64,000 bases of DNA, from the NCBI GenBank assembly GCA_013265495.1, contig MU058337.1:1108777-1172776 (forward strand), read 5' to 3'. This DNA comes from Vicugna vicugna (lineage: Eukaryota). Each line of letters begins with the position of its first letter. Position 1 is the first letter of the stretch. This document shows, piece by piece, positions 62,396 through 64,000 of the stretch. The notes beneath the pieces are model-generated. The model searched no databases. It saw only the letters and a list, made by a program, of their open reading frames with translations, and had not been told where the DNA came from. The position numbers and the translations under genes are program-made.

Positions 62396-62575
62396 GGGGC
62401 TGATCCAGGTTTTGTAGCCTGAAGCTTAACAATTTTTTATACCCCTTTTAACAAGAAAGATACAAAATGATAAACATTATATTGCTAGGGCCCATCCAGG
62501 GCCTTGACAGGGTCTCAGGCAAGACAGAGGCCTAGAAGGCTGACCTCATGGGCGGCACGGTAGTAGCACCCCTAC
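62396..62575. mobile_element. hAT-Tip100 (MER115/Zaphod-like) MITE
   Basis: GGGGCTGATCCAGGTTTTGTAGCCTGAAGCTTA...GGGCCCATCCAGGGCCTTG resembles Zaphod/MER115 termini. Confidence 0.6.
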
Positions 62576-62989
62576 GGAACAGATCGAGGTCTAGAAAATG
62601 TAACTAGTGTGGTCGGGGTCCATTTCTTCCCTCAGTGTTGGCCTTCTGATGCCATCGGCCACTCACACAGCTCACAGCAGCAGAGGAGAGACCGGCTGAG
62701 TCCTGGCTTCAGCGCGACCCTGCACAGAACCCCCGCCTCCCTCGTTGGGGCTCCAGGTTCAGTCTGTTCATAGCTCAGAGCCTGCTGTAACCAGGATGCA
62801 GATAACCCCCAAACCTCTCCCGTGGACACCCCACGGGTCGGTCTCTATGCCTGCCCTGTCACGGACAGCATGGCGGCCGGTCCTCCTTGCCTCTGTGTTC
62901 CCACCCCCTCTTGGATTCCCACCCCTCTCTGTCCATCTCCTGTGCTGCCTTCACTTCTTCAATTTGCGTATCTTGAAGGGATGTTCTGG

Positions 62990-64000
62990 TTAACCCCATG
63001 ACTCCTCACACAAACTCCCTGACCTACTTTTCCACCCAAACCTCTCTTCAGAGCTCTAGACCCAACTATGGAATTGGAATTTTTAAAGTCACTCAGGATT
63101 CTCATGCTGGAAATGTCCAGATCTGAACGCCTGGTCCTCTCCTCAGTGCCCTGTGAACAGCTCTTCAGATGCAACCACTCAAAGCAGACCCAGGGGACTC
63201 AGCCGGGCCGCCCCTGTTCTCACTCACCCCTTTCCAATCAGCCACTAAGTGCCGTGGATTCTACCTCCCAAACGTCTCTTGAGTTCCTTCCCGTACTGCA
63301 TACTCCTCTCACACCAGTGTGGGTTATGATTATCAAGATGATTGATTCTTTGAAGCACAGTCTTATTTGAATTTATCAAATGCCCTTTTGGCTGTTTCCT
63401 AAATTTGAATAGAAATGGAAGGCTTTTCAGAGCCATATGCTCTCGCTTACATTTTCCCCCACGACTCGAATCGATTTTCCATCATGATTAGCTCTGGACT
63501 CTCAGCAGGTAACTCACCACCTCCTAGAAGGAAAAGGGAAGAGATCCTGAGGGAGAGATGATGGGCTCCTTCAGTGTCCAAAGACCAAGCCTGTAAGCCT
63601 ACTGGCACCTGCACCCGCTTTTACCTTCCATTCCTGTTACAGGAGGGGCCCTCCCCGGAACCAAGGCTCGCCCCCCGTGTGCCCGCCTGTGAAGGATGCC
63701 GACCCTTTCTCTGTTCTCACGTATTTCATTGATTGTGCAGCATCTCCATCTCTACCAGCACTTTCCTGGCAATCGTCTCTTCACCACCCGCCCCGCACTG
63801 CTTCTCCTAAGCATTCGATGCTAAATTCCCTGAAGCAGTGCCTGCATTAGCTGTCTCTTTGCTCTCTGCCACCTGACTTCAGCATTCTACTGAATTCCTA
63901 GCATTCTACTCAAATAGCTCCTGTCACTTAGTAACCCAGCAAAGGACTTCAAAGGACACCTACCTACCCTACCAAAGGACATCACTCAGCTACTTTGGCT
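62990..64000 (+). mobile_element. L2 body fragments
   Basis: CCAAACCTCTCTTCAGAGCTCTAGACC..ATGTCCAGATCTGAAC..CCAATCAGCCACTAAGTGCCGTGGATTCTACCTCCCAAAC. More degenerate pyrimidine-rich L2-like sequence runs to the window end. Confidence 0.6.

Noticed and set aside
1..64000. CRISPR arrays, rRNA/tRNA genes, operon-like or viral gene systems
   Set aside because: This is mammalian repeat-rich DNA. I saw no regularly spaced repeat-spacer array, structural RNA gene or intact viral/transposase ORF. Short duplications (near 1548-1590, 35666-35687, 61030-61062, 63881-63911) are ordinary slippage products.

Overview
Mammalian non-coding DNA, most likely from a camelid. This call rests on short cetartiodactyl/camelid-type L1 3' ends and the absence of Alu, B1/B2, Bov-tA/BovB, PRE-1 and Can-SINE copies. 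I recognise no protein-coding gene, RNA gene or CRISPR array, and the ORF track is essentially noise. The window looks intergenic or deep-intronic. It holds ancient eutherian repeats (L2, MIR, L1M/L1MC/L1MD, MLT1/MLT2/LTR33 LTRs, hAT MERs), several young 5'-truncated L1 3' ends with target-site duplications (TSDs), and one 88-N assembly gap inside a poly-G tract. The most notable items are: (i) a still-readable minus-strand reverse-transcriptase fossil of a very old L2/Crack/CR1-group LINE at about 7.9-8.7 kb; (ii) a near-perfect 22-bp hairpin at 17.14-17.19 kb; (iii) a recent ~430-bp microsatellite-bounded duplication inside an L1 at 25.4-26.2 kb; (iv) a promoter-like CpG-rich motif cluster near 5.2 kb; and (v) several homeodomain-site clusters that look like developmental enhancers. 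I see no convincing new gene system. Repeat names come from recalled consensus sequences, and boundaries are approximate unless TSDs are quoted.
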